Assembly (NCBI GenBank): GCA_977016875.1
Contig: CDRNST010000047.1
Location: forward strand, 1,302,001-1,366,000
From: Pavona decussata
Lineage: Eukaryota
DNA: 64,000 nt
Direction: 5' to 3'
How positions within the stretch are numbered: position 1 is the first letter of the stretch; every line of letters starts with the position of its first letter. Positions 10,869-24,200 of this stretch are shown here, in pieces. The position numbers were made by a program, and so were the translations under genes. A model generated the notes under the pieces. It did no database searches and was not told the DNA's origin. It saw only the letters and a program-made list of their open reading frames with translations.

Positions 10869-12273
10869 TTATGACACAGCTGACTTGGGCACTATTTTGC
10901 TTTGGTGCACCGGGCTCAGTTTTCACCTTTGGCCGGTTTATCAACAAAATTAATGTGCTTTATAAAACCGGTTTGATACTGATAGCAAACCGGAGTGACC
11001 AGCTCAGAAGTTAGGCCCAAAATGCATTTGTCTTCGTTTTACAGTGCAACTTTTTTATTCATCAAGAGGTACAGACTGAGAGCCAAAGTGTTGACTACAC
11101 ACTCGCAACACACGCGCATTTTCAATTGCGTATCCGTAAGTAAGGAAAAATCTAATTGGTTCTCCGGGTCATTTTGAGACTCCCCAGCTATGAATCAGAC
11201 TAATAGGCTTCTGAATGCTTCTGGCCTGAACCTTTCACCTTACTACATTTATTCCATAGCTTTCGGGATTTCATCCACAGGTTGTAATCCTAATGAAAAT
11301 TTCAAGGGCAAGTGCTTCTCGGTAGCTTTCATTTGCTATTGCCCACAGCCTTAAAATTTAGCAAAATGGGGCAAGTTGGCTCTTGGGGAGAAAGTGTTAC
11401 TTGACTCCCATTTTACCATACGTCTGATAAGTTATAGATCACAGATGACATCAAGATGTGCAAAGAAAAAAATTGTCGCTGCGAGCCATAGATGAGAATG
11501 TCACTGATGCTCATACCAGATTTTGATACTGGGACATGCGTCAAAATGGAATCTAATTTTTTTATATACAATAACAACGACATTTCATAATGCAGCGTGA
11601 CCTTACTACGGAATGTTTTTGCAGCCTTTGTTGTGTATTGTTAGTATTAATCAGTTTTCACAAAAAAAGACAGGTCGTTTTGTTACCATATATATAGCAG
11701 TAGGGTGAACAGACAAGGTGGCCAAGGTTAACTATTATGGTCCTGTTTCAAGTTGGAAAGTTACCTAATCCAGAACTGATAAATACCTCAGTAAAGCAGT
11801 TTCCAAAACACGCTAGCCAACAGATTTTGTGGAGGCGTGATGGGGTGCATGGAATTGACGAATTCTTGGGTCTGTAACTTCACTTGCTTTTGAGACATCA
11901 GTCTTAACTTAATACAAGCAATAATGTTTGATTCCAGAATGATTTTGGAGTAAATGTTTCTATGGTTACTAGTCACGTGACTCTATATCGGCCAATACAA
12001 AATTCCAAACAACTTTAAATGGTGATATTTTGCACACAAATGTAGTGAAACGAAAATTGAAAAACCTGTCCGATTTGAATTCCCAAATTTCATTTTTGTG
12101 ACGTCACAAAATGAAGGGTGAAGAATTTGAAACAATTATTTAGGAGAAAACTAATATTGAAAGTTTCAGCATGTCTTGCATATTTTAAATGACTCAAATT
12201 TCTGCAAGGCTGATCGGACTGCACGACAGCGACATGATAATAGAGACCAAACCGAGAATCAACAGAATGCGGC

Positions 12274-12319
12274 AACCGGGACAGCTGTTTCGAGCTAGTT
12301 GGCTTTCGTCAGCACGGTT
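12274..12319 (-). ncRNA. Type I hammerhead ribozyme motif (non-LTR retrozyme-like), slightly degenerate
   Basis: Minus strand AACCGUG-CUGACGA-AAGC(CAACUA)GCUC-GAA-ACAGCUGU-C-CCGGUU. Intact core, palindromic helix III ACAGCUGU, GUC triplet, 6-bp helix I with one bulge, A-C mismatch at the base of helix II. Confidence 0.7.
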
Positions 12320-12800
12320 TAGCACAGCAAAAAGTAGAAGAACCAACGCGAGAAAATCGTTTGGACAAATTCATGGCTGTTTTTTATCACTTTTTTCCCC
12401 AGCGTGAAAAAAAAAAAAAATAATAAAATAAAAGAATGAATAAATAAACAACCAAATAAATAAATAAATATTAACCTTGCCTGCATGCAACGTCAAGGTT
12501 AAGGTACAGCTTTCATTTTAATGATCACACGCAATGACCCTCGGCTGTTCGCGCGAAGTTCATGACTGACTTTTACTGGTGAGTAAAATTGCACGTCAAA
12601 GATAAAGAAATTGGATGTCCTGCGAAATCAGGAAAAAAGCATCTCTTAACACAAGAAAACAACAATAATGCTAGATAATCTCAGGCACCTTTTTGAACAA
12701 TATTCTAATGCTTGTTTTCTTGCTTCAGTATGGAAAAAAAAGTTGAGGTTTCAAGGCAAGTTTGCTTGCACAAAGGTAAAGGTACCTTCCAGTGAACTAT

Positions 12801-13100
12801 CCCCGGGGCTGGGACTCTCATATGCAAGGGGGCGGGGATGCTCGTCGTCTCGCTCATTTGTGTAAATTTCGGATTTTGGTCTCACTTACGGTTTTCAGGA
12901 AAAACGCCATTTTATTTAGCCGCGAAGTCTCGTTTAGAGTTACACGCGAAGAAACATGTATTTTTTATTTGTCTGTGTTTCAAAATGGTTTCTTTTAGAG
13001 GTCAAAAAAAGCTTGGGCCATACCCAGATTGGTCTCCTTTAGGGGTTTAATTAGTAGAGCATCCTCGCCTGTTTCATATGAGAGTTTCCCCCTCCCCCCG
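12801..13100. mobile_element. MITE with CCCCGGGG...ACTCTCATATG / CATATGAGAGT...CCCCCCG termini
   Basis: Terminal inverted similarity (GACTCTCATATG vs CATATGAGAGTT; GGATGCTC vs GAGCATCC). Confidence 0.65.
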
Positions 13101-16100
13101 CCTCCAGGAAACCATTATGCGTGCAATGTATATATCTGAAAGTAGCTGCTGGTGTCATGAATGCATCCGTAGATAAGACTGGTAAATTGTGGCCGGGTTT
13201 AAAGCTTTCCTGTCACGATCACATTAAAATCTTTGCCGCTTCCTCTGTGTATTACCGTGACACCCAACTAAACGTCTGGGGCAGTTTCGATGTTTATGCC
13301 AAATGTATGCATAAATAATGTGCGTTTTTCGCCAAAATCTGTTGTCATGCCTTGAGAACATAGACTTGTGCTTTGGAAACTGAATCATTTGTAACACCAT
13401 TGCCAAACCATTTATAATCCAAAACCGCTCTGATAGAAGTTTGTGCTCTCTACAGAGAAGAACTTTTGATTTCCCTTCTTGCCAATCAATGTTGCTTTTA
13501 CGCTGATCACGGATTTATGATCAGGGTAGGAACAATTTTGAAAGAAAATTTTCACCAACGAATCAAATGATTAACTGGGAAGTTAAAAGCTCCCACAACA
13601 CCAGCAGTAAAAAAAGACAGTGATTTCTGTTATGTAAAATGGCCGTTATGTATTGAAACCACGTCTTGAACCGTTCACTACTGCACAACGCAGCGCGGAG
13701 TTACCCTTACGAATGCGTCCCTTGCGTTGTTTAATAGGAACGACCTCCGTTAAATTTTAGTTCTACCTTTCTGCATACAGTGGATGTTTGGAACTGACTG
13801 GGCTTTATAGTGATCCTCCTCTACGGATACCCTCTCAGCCAGCTATAGCTGTTCACCTTAGAGAGGCGACCGCCTAAAGAAAGTTCGGCCATGGTCATGA
13901 AAAGTAAGTGGCGGTGACCTTCTAGGTCGTTCATGAAACGGTTGTCTCTCACACTATATAGTGAGCAAAATCCGAAGGGAAAATTCCTAGACTGGTTTTG
14001 AAAGATGTCGTAAGACCGTTAAGACGAACAAGAAAGCTTTGCTCAATAGCTTTCATTTAAAGGACCGTAATTTATTAGTTCGAACATCATCCACTGACTC
14101 AAAATTGGGACCCTCAGCTCCAAACAAACATATGTGCAGGAAAGTAAGGTTCAATACGTTTACACCTTAGGATTGCATGTCAAGCATCAGAAGTTACACT
14201 TCTTCATAATAATACATGGATTCCACTGCTTTTAAGGTTTCGATTCTTAGGCTGAAAGCCTAATGCAGAATTCAAGAGAAAAGTATTGCTTTCATTGGGT
14301 TTTGTTCACAGACTCAGAATGTAAAAAAAAAAAAAAAAAAAAAAAAAAACAAATGAGGTAACGTTTGACCCTTCATGTGAATGTGTTAATTGACTACATG
14401 TTGGATTGAATGGCCAATCAACGTGTAAAATGTTTGCGGTCTTTTGGTCTCTTGATGGTTATACTTTACTTTAATAAATTCCACTGGCAAACATTCTTTA
14501 ATGTCGACTTTACAAAACGTTCAGACAGTGATACACAACTGAGAGCAATACTCATTAAAATTGGTCCGACGTCAGCGGATCCATAGGCTCACAAAATAAT
14601 AACAGTAAACCGCAAAGCCAGGTTCGGCCTTTAGGAGGCAGAAGTCGGGAGGCTGAGAATAAGGTAATGTCGCCAAACTTTAATCAAATTAATCAAATTA
14701 GATTGATGGTTAACTGATAATCTGATAATTGGACATTCAAGCAAATCTTTCCTCGCTAAAATCCGATTCAATTGACTGAGCATCTATTATTGATGTTGGC
14801 TTGCCTGACGCAGGGGAAATAGGTGACTACATCAGCTCCCAATACTGAAGGATATTAAAGGTGCTTGCTAACGGTACAGCACATTCAGTCGCCTGCACGA
14901 GACTATAAATACAGCATTTAATTGACTCAGAGTAGCATTTATGAAGATGATAACTGAACAGAGTCGGTCACTTGAAATTCCCACTGTATTTCTACAACAA
15001 CAACCTTATTCATAAACATACTTCAAATTAATTGAAAACAATTTGAGTGTGGGCAGGTAAATTTTGAGGTATTCGAGGCGGGCTCAAAGAAGAAGGGGAT
15101 ATTGCAATAAAATAACGAAAACGGTAACTCTAGAAATTCATTTCACAACGCAGCATCATGTTTCTGGTTGCGTGATGTCGTGAATGTGCAATGTATAATC
15201 GATAAGGTTAAATAACGAATCTTAGTCCAACCTAGACAAGCTATTTAAGGGTTAAGCTGAAATTAAAATATCCCCAATCCGTTATAAATAAATAAGTTGC
15301 ATTAAAAAGAGGAAAACACCCCCGCTTTAATGCTTACAAAGGCATCCGTTGCCATTCACCGGATTTCACAGAGTTCAATTCCCCAGACTGCGAAATTAAC
15401 AACATAAATCATTTTAAGAATTAGCTTTTTTGCCTGTATGAACAATATGAGAAGTAACCAAAGCAATTTAAAACCTGGAGGGGGAGACAGTGAGTCGTTA
15501 CAAATAACTCCTAGAAGGTTACAGACTTTCTTGTTTCGTGGGCGTGGTTAAATATTATTTTCACCTCTAAAAGGTAGCAAGTCTTACAACTCGTTATCTT
15601 ATCTGTTATGCCTTTTGAGCGAATAGCCGTAAAAGGTACAGACCACGGTAAAGCTTTAATTCAGGTCACCTTTTTTTCAACATTGCGATTGGCCAGACCA
15701 AACCACAAATTTAAACCTCTAAAGCAGCGACGAGTACCCCCTTTACATCAGTATGGACGTTTCCTCACGGGGGATTAAAAACAACATCCTTGGGGAGACA
15801 ATGAATAGAAATGACTTACTTACAATTGGTCCTGGGAAAAGGGAGCAGCTGTCTGGCTGTCTTACTTACCCTAATTTTACGGCGTTAAAATTCCTCACTA
15901 ATCTTTTATAATCTATAAGGTTCAAACGTTGTATTGGTCTTAAAAACAACTATTCGGCTATGTATGTAAACATTTAAAAATTGTTTAGTGGATTAGTGTG
16001 GCCTAAGTTAGCACGATCATTTACGCTCGTCACGCAGAATTTGAAATCATATTCTTGCGTTTAGTTCTAAACTGAACATCGATCTTCATCACCCAACCTC

Positions 16101-16444
16101 ATGAAAATTGAGTTCTTTCTCAACAAGGGAACTCACAACTGCACAGCAAAACAGCAAAAACCTTCACTACCTTTGGCAATACTTCCCAGAAGCCTCTCAA
16201 CATGGTTAATCCTTGATTAATCCGTCCAATTTGATTAAGGTAAGCTCTGCCCGGAATGCTAGACATCTTTCGCGCTAAACCTTTCGGCTTTCAAAGCGTT
16301 TAGAATCTATTTTGTTCTTAAACGAGAGGAAATTGAAAGTTTATGTCACTAAGGTTTGATTTCGTAAATCATTAGCTTACACAGTAACGTCATTTATGAC
16401 GCCCAAAATACCTAAGCAATAACTAAGAATAATAATAAAAATGA

Positions 16445-16445
<1 letters not shown>

Positions 16446-16496
<51 letters not shown>

Positions 16497-16497
16497 A
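16446..16497. repeat. (TAAA)13 microsatellite
   Basis: Direct reading; explains spurious ORF 16377..16568. Confidence 0.95.
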
Positions 16498-18453
16498 AAA
16501 ATTGAAAATACAAGAAAAAGAAGAATTAATAAAGAGCTGTCAAATATTTTAAAATGGTTGAGATTCAATACATTTAAACCTCAAACGACTCAAAAGTAAT
16601 ACTCAATTCATTTTAACTGCAACATTAAAATGTGTCCGCTTTTATTACCAGAGCCGACAACGTAATGTCAGGAGGAAGAAATTTTAATGGCGACACCAGC
16701 AGGAAAATGCTCCCAATCTTGCCTGTATGATTATAGAAATCACTAGAACTTCATAATACTAAGCATAGTAACTCTCGTGGGAAATCGAAATAGGGAGTGC
16801 TACGGTATGAAATGGCGCCCAAAACAAAAGCGTTCCTTACATGTTGCGAAAGGCTCCGGACAACGGCGGTGTTCCAGCTAGCGATTGTAAAGTGTGTAGT
16901 AACAGTTGCCGTCATTTCATTTCAGTACAGTTGTTCAATGAATTTTTTTGATCACTCACTACTCGACGAAAGCAATATCTAAGAATCACTTTTTAATAAC
17001 TTCACATCAAACGTTCTTAAAACTGTCGTATTTAGAGAATCGAGTCTCGAATACCTCGATAGCGCCGACTATTTTCGGGATGGGAAGAGGACCGGATACT
17101 CCTTTTGCAAAACTCGTTTTATCGAAAATTTCTATAAGAACACAACTAAAACAACTAACAATTGAACAAAACTGGATTCCGTAAAAATATTTTCAGATAC
17201 TCTTTAAGTGGGATGGTCACTTCACATTCACGTGATGGCTCTAATGCCAAGGGCAGCTGATTTAGTAAAAACATATCTGAGTTGTTTCAGCTGAGTAACC
17301 TTGCAACAAGCGAAGGTAATGAACTTGTGTTTTGTTTGTTTCCAAACTACTGGTCCACCAAGCAAGTACAATCAGACATTCATTTAGCATGTAATCATGA
17401 GCCTTTTTATTTCAGTACAGTTTACCATTAATTTATTAGTATTCAAAACGGCAGACCACAACTAATGAACAGATTTTACCCCTGCAACTCTTTCCCACCA
17501 TTCAAACCAAAACTCAACAAACTCTAAACCTCAACTCAGAGAAGCAGGCAAATGGCCGCTATTTTAGGAGCCGTAATGGTTAACTGACATCTTTAATGTA
17601 TTTGATAGCAAAAAGTACAGCCTCCCTTTCCTCTTACTGCCAGAGGAGGCTTCCATCTTTGATACCTAACTTTAATACAAGCAGTGACGCTTTCCAAGGC
17701 GTATTACTTTAGTAAGAGCTGTTCAGCAAAATTGCGCATCTCAAGGATCCCGGTAAAGTGTGAAGCAAAGACGCCAATATTTCATTTCTTCCAAGTGAAA
17801 GGCATGGGACAGATTTATGTTTGATTCCAAGCGTTTACGAAACAAGAACTATCGTTGGTTCTTAACTGCTAAACTACCTATTTACTGAGCACTTGTATCG
17901 TCGTTGAAATCACCAGTTTACGTGTGTATATAGCATACAACTATGCAAGCTGGTTACCAAAGTTATGAGTGTCAGTTTTCTTCATTTTATTAGGATACAG
18001 TTTAAATTCCGGGTGTCTAGTTCTTGAACTCTATTAGTTATTTAAGTGCTATTTTATGCCGTATTCCTTTTAAGCAAATTCAGAAAGGAAGTGTTGTTGG
18101 TTATTTGTCCATTAGTCTGCTAACAAAAGACAGTCAGTTTTTAATATCAAACTACTCCTCGTGTGTCATGATCTTTTTAAATTACGAAGGCTATACGAGC
18201 GATTAAAAGAAAAGTCTGTAAGGTAATGTCATACCGTAGACTTGCGAACAGTTCAAGTAGGCGAACATGACCAGGAGACTGATCCATCAGCCAGATGGCT
18301 CATGCACAAAGAAAGCGTATTACCCAGGGGGCGCATGTGAGCAGTGCTGATCATTCTACAGCAACTTCAATTTGTGTGTGCTTCATCATCGGCCATATGG
18401 GCTGAAATTACGATTTGTCAGAGATCGGGGCGATGTCAGATGACGTCATCGAA

Positions 18454-18754
18454 TAGGGAAGTTAAGCAATCACGACGGCAACGCCAACAAAGATGTGATT
18501 TAGAACTGTATATACGTTTGCTCGTTTCCTATCTATTTGCCGATTACTCCAACTATTCGTCTTGAACAATGTGAACGAATAATCCAGGAAAAAAGAAAAA
18601 CACCCGCGTCCTTTCCGCCCGTTCTCCTCAAACATTTTACGTTGTTGTTTTGAACAGAACGCCAAAATAATCTACTAAAATAATTTTTTATCGCACATGC
18701 AGAGCCACTAATTTGTTTTTACGTTTTCGTTCCCGTCGCCGACGCGTTGGCTTA
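18454..18754. mobile_element. Degenerate MITE
   Basis: TAAGCAATCACGACGGCAACG on the left vs CGTTCCCGTCGCCGACGCGTTGGCTTA on the right form imperfect TIRs. Confidence 0.45.
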
Positions 18755-20980
18755 TTATGACGGACAAGAAGAATGATCTTGAAGATAAACAAATCTTGTT
18801 TTCCGGACGGCAAGAAGAAGCTGGAGTCCTCTGTAACAAGAACTCTAGAATGTTTTCTTATAATTAAGATTTTAAGCCCCCTGGTAGAGTGAAAAAGGCT
18901 CTATCTGTGATACACCGAAACCTACTCAAGTCTGCTTACGAAGATATATGAACCCAGGGATTTAGACGATTTGCCGGCCTGCTTATATTGCTTGTAAGGA
19001 GAATTTGATACGATCCTGTTCCTTTATTTTTAGTATTCTCACTGCAAGTGTGAGTTTGCTTTGTTATTTTAGGAGAAATAAGATGCAGATGAAGGTAGGA
19101 GCTAAAAAAAGATTATACTTAAGAAAAATAAACTAAAGCGTGTTTTACATAAGTTAGAAGTTTGAGAAAGAAAAGGACACTGGAATCATGAACTTTTTTG
19201 GAAGAGTATTACTGTGTCCACATCACTTCGTGTTGGCATCAGCTTTGGAAAGATTTCCACAACTCAGTGGACATAAGGGAAACAATATATATAGTGTATA
19301 TGACATACGCGTTTTTATTATCTTGTTTTCCAGTTTATGTTTACAGTGCGCGCAGGGAATATCAAAAACTTTTTCCATGCTCCTTATAGCTGACGAAATA
19401 AAAATAAAGAAAAAGGGTGATACGTTTAGCTAAAGCTTAGCTATGATTTTCTCTATTAGTGTATGTGACAAGCAACTGAAGAAGCTAAATTTAATCTAAA
19501 GATTTACCAGCTCTTTCCTCAGCTTGCGGTATAGGTCTGATCTAATCAACGAACAGCACCTTGTATATCTTGTATGGCTCGTCTCAAGGTGTCGGGACAT
19601 CGTTAAGCGTAAAATCCACTCAAAAGAATTATTGCAATCGGATTTTCATGTGAACTGAGACCCCAACATGACGTTTTATGCAAAGGTTTTCCATCGCCGC
19701 AAGTTGAAGGCGAGCCAAGATTCAGTTGCCTTTGGTCAAAAATTACAGCCTTGCGCGCCAATAAACGTGGGAGTAAATTAGCGGTTAAGTTCTTTTAGAC
19801 GTGCCAAGGTTTGACAAAGCTTTAAGGAACATTAATTTCCTCCACTCAGTATTATTCTGTGTGTTCCGTGATACGCAATGATAATTCCGTATTAGAAAAA
19901 TCCGGTAAGCCAACTTTATGCTCATTTAGCATACGAAATCAAACCTGGTCCTCGGCTATAGCTCTTTTCTACCTCACTACACCATCAACTTTTATGATAA
20001 CATACTATCCTGTCTTAACTATTCATAGCGTTATACGCCTTCTGTGCCTCTTCACGCTATAAACATGTCCACGTTTCAGAACTTAGCTATTTTATGTTTG
20101 TTTTTACAGTCTGAGAGCAGATTCTTGAAAATAAATCGGATTGGATAAGAGTTTGGAGTTACACAACCTGAAGGCACGTAAAGTGAATACTCTTTCACAT
20201 GCAGTTGTTTGTGCAACATTTCCGACGAATAAAAAGACGAAACAAATCTATCGGGTAGCGCCGTCTACATCCTGTTTTTTCACCCTATTACGTTTTCTTA
20301 TGTCAAAGATAAAGTTGCAGTAAGTTTTCCTTAGAGAATTGGAACCATTTAACATTCATTAGGGCTATAAAAAGGACAATGCCTGATCCCAGCTAACGTG
20401 ATCTAGTAATCGGCGTCAAATCGCTAGATGCTCCGTATCCAAAGTAAACAAAAGAGCCATTACTTCTAATAACATCCACCACAACAAACCGTAAGAGAGA
20501 ATTTACTCATGTAAACTAATGAAACGGTTTCGTAAATAAAAGAACTACGAACTGCAAAAATAAAAAAATAAATAAATAAATAAATAATAATTAACAATTA
20601 TCACTGTGGCAGCTTGTTCGCTTCTTTTTGATTTACACGATTTGTTTGCCGTAAATGACATCATATTTTAGAACTAAACAACGCGTGAGAATTGTACAAT
20701 TTCCATCATGTTCTTGGGAGGTCAGCATCCGTTTACCGTTTCACAACTACGAACGTGCCACTGAATAGCTAGCGTGCATCTCTTGTCACCACGCGCACAT
20801 TCCGAAGATTCTTTCAGGAGAACTTAGTCAAATCGATCAATAGACCTGCACCTTTCAAAAGCTCTATTTTCACTGGAACCTTATAACCTGCAGCTGTATT
20901 GTTTTTAAGGGCTGGGAACATTGTTCTGTTGACCACTCTTTTGTCCTCTCGACCAACCATGTAAGACGTTGCAAACCGTG

Positions 20981-21206
20981 CAGGGGCCCGTTTCCCGAAA
21001 GTTGCGGTAACTTACTGGGCACGATAAGTGTCTTTGGTGATAAATGTTTGTTAGCTTTGAACACTAAATTTTAAAATCTTATCATTCTGTGAAAACACTT
21101 GCCAAGTAATATGTCTCTAATCACTGTGTAATCGGCGAAAAAATATTTAAAAGTATAGTTATCGGGACGGGTAAGTTACCGGGACTTTCGCGAAAACGGA
21201 CCCCAG
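20981..21206. mobile_element. MITE, GGG...CCC ends with CAG flanks (PIF/Harbinger-like)
   Basis: CAG-GGGCCCGTTTCCCGAAAGTTGCGGTAACTTAC ... GTAAGTTACCGGGACTTTCGCGAAAACGGACCC-CAG; homologous to 7619-8176. Confidence 0.8.
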
Positions 21207-24200
21207 GTCTCCCCAAATGGACAGCGGCCAACAGACTCGGAAAGGAGGCACTCCCTCAAAAGATATCTACACGTAGGCATGTTATGGAGTTGAGCAATTT
21301 TGGTGTGACTTAAGATAAATATCCTTGTGGTATTACGGCAAAAAATTGTATGAAATTTTTCTATTTGGCTATAGAGGTATAGATTTCATAGGATTTGTGA
21401 ATATGGCAGGAAAAATAATGTACAGCACCCTTTGTCTCCGACGAAGGAAAGGGTGCTATATAAACAAAAATTTGGGCGGAATACTTTTACCCACAATTCT
21501 GAGGGGTAGAACCCCTCGGGTAAATTAGTTCCAGGTATTAACCTGTGTTATTCAAAACTCCATGGTTGGTCACGTTTTGGCCTGATTAGCTCGTTGCACT
21601 CAATAAACGCTTCTGGTAATTCGTTAACAAAACATTTGCAGTGCGTCAGTGAAACGAATTTTAAGGCCACAAATTAACGAGTCCAATCATTGAAGATAAA
21701 AATACTGGTCAAAATACTGGATTTATATACTTTAAAGCTCCCACAAATGTGGCCTTAGTGGTTATTTTTCTGACCATTCAGTGATACCGTGACTTACTGA
21801 TGGTTTTATTAATCAGCTTAGTTGACCAATCGTAGTTTTCCAATGAAATCTGGCTGAGATAAAAAACTAATGCAAAATGAAAACTTAAACAACTCCTAAG
21901 AAAGGAAACCCCTTTTTATCCTCTGTTTATAAGAAAAACAATTAGTACCGTTTTCTACTGTAAGAGCCAATTCGTTCTAAATTTGTCAATTCTACCAACA
22001 AACACTATCTGGGGCTAATTGCTAGTTTGGTTTCACCATTAGTTTTCACGGAGAAACGGTTTCCGCTAGAGCTCAATGGAAACATTTCACCGACTTCCTT
22101 CCATCTGAGATGCTGTACACATCTGAAAATATCAAAAGAAGCAACAACTTTGACCTTTTAATAACAAATCAATTCCAAAGGTTTATGCAAATCGAAAGCC
22201 GATAAAATCAGAAGTAGTAGTTAAGTTAAGACTCCTTCGACCGATGAACACGCCGATTACATTATGTTTCTTAAAAGAGCGAAAATAATGAGGGAAAGAC
22301 TGAGTTTTTGTTAGTTTTTAACTTGTTTGTATATAATAAAGCTTTCCGCCGGAAACATAATTCTTCGGATACTGAAAATTTGCTAAATGCCTTAAGCTTA
22401 AAATATCCTCACGTAATGATTCAGGTTGAGACGCAAGATTCTTAGATCGTGTGTGGGCATGCGCCCACATACATATCTTGATCTCCTTTGTATTTGCTAG
22501 GTCACGATAAAGTGACTCTCTTGTTGCATCGTAACGAATGACCTTCCATTTACAATGTTTAATTGAGGTAAAACCTCGGAGATGTTTGTATTGGTGAAAG
22601 CGACAATTTCGTGCAATGTCGCCATGGTGCGTTCTAAGGTTACCTAAGGTTGGATTTGCGGAAAGTTTTGGCGATTTCACGCTAGCACGCAATAGGCATT
22701 CATCGCGTGTTCTGTGGGCCGTCGTAAGCTCTTCTCGTTCAATGACCAGCCTGTAATAATCAATCAGTTAAGAAGGCTCATTAGTAAATAATCTTATCAA
22801 ATCCTTGTGTAAACGAAAATTCGGCGAAACTGTTCGGCTTCAAAATCACTGGCAAATGTTTAATGGAATTGAATTCTTAGTTAACATTTCCAAGTAAAAC
22901 GTTTGAATCTTCATTGTAGGATCGCAAACTGGATACAGGGACGAGGTTGAGATCAGCGCAAGAACTCGCAGATGTCATCTCAGTAATCTTGACAATATCC
23001 CAAAAAATGCAATACCTTGATCTTTTTATTAAAATTTAATCTGTAGACTAAGTACCTATTACACCATTATTTGTTTAACGCAGAAAACCTCAGCGTCTCG
23101 GCCTCTGAAATGATTGCCTCTTCTCTTCGAGTTGACAGAGGCATCATTTTCGATTATTCTACAACGTTTCTATTTACTCCTTGTGAAATAGGCGTCATTG
23201 TTGTAGGAGACCATCGCATGTTGCATTACCCTTGTCAATCTCTAGTTATGGTCAGCTAAGCTAAAATCGCTTTAAGTCCTTTTCATCCGACAGCCATATA
23301 AATATAACGCTAATTCTAATACTCTATAAGCATCATCCTTTCAAAAATACGTTTCCTTTCTCCATAAAATTGCCAGTCTTAAAGAAATAACAAGTTTTGT
23401 TTATACATTGGGTCCATTCGCTGTTGCGCTGAGTGATAGAACAATTAACTCCGCCTCATGTGTACTTCAACTTCTTTAACTACTGGGAATTTTTCTCGAA
23501 GGAGGAAAAAAGATTTAACAACACTTTGACAGTTTTCTCACGCGCAGTCACAAAGCATGACTAGACAGGATTAGGGAATGCCGTAAAGAGTGGCAGATTT
23601 AGGCTTTTGAAATGAGCTCACGGACCAGTTTACTTCCACAATACTAAACAAACAACCCATCACGCATACAATGCACCGTGGAATGATGAATGACGGGCTT
23701 AACGTAGTGCAAAGCCGAGCGTAGCGCATTCTAGCAAAGACAGAAGTCAGGGAACTTAGGAAGAGTTTATGTTCAACTGAATAAGGTACAAACGTACTTA
23801 ATTAGAAGCGTATAGACTTGTTTTACCATATTGAAAACACTGAACCAAATTTGCATTCACCTCATGTTAGATTTTACTTATACGACATTCGCAATTTAAA
23901 AAAGTGTGTCTTAAAACTTCTTTAATTGAAGTGAGAAACGTAAATGATTTACGAAAACCAGCTCACCTTTTCATAAATCCTTCTGTCTGAAACAAAGTTG
24001 ACAACTTGATTTACTATATTTTTCTCAATTTATCGTTTTAAATAGCTATTTAATTATGAGCTATCTCTTACCAAAATATGAGAATGTGGGCGTTCAGTTG
24101 TGTAGCAATTCAATAGATATCTTTGGTAATTCTTTCCAGAAACAAACCACCAAGGTCTCAGGAAAGTTGCTATCGAAGCCAAAAAAACTGAGTGACAGAA

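Noticed and set aside
16377-16568. Hydrophobic ORF (LFIY repeats)
   Set aside because: Translation of the (TAAA)n microsatellite.
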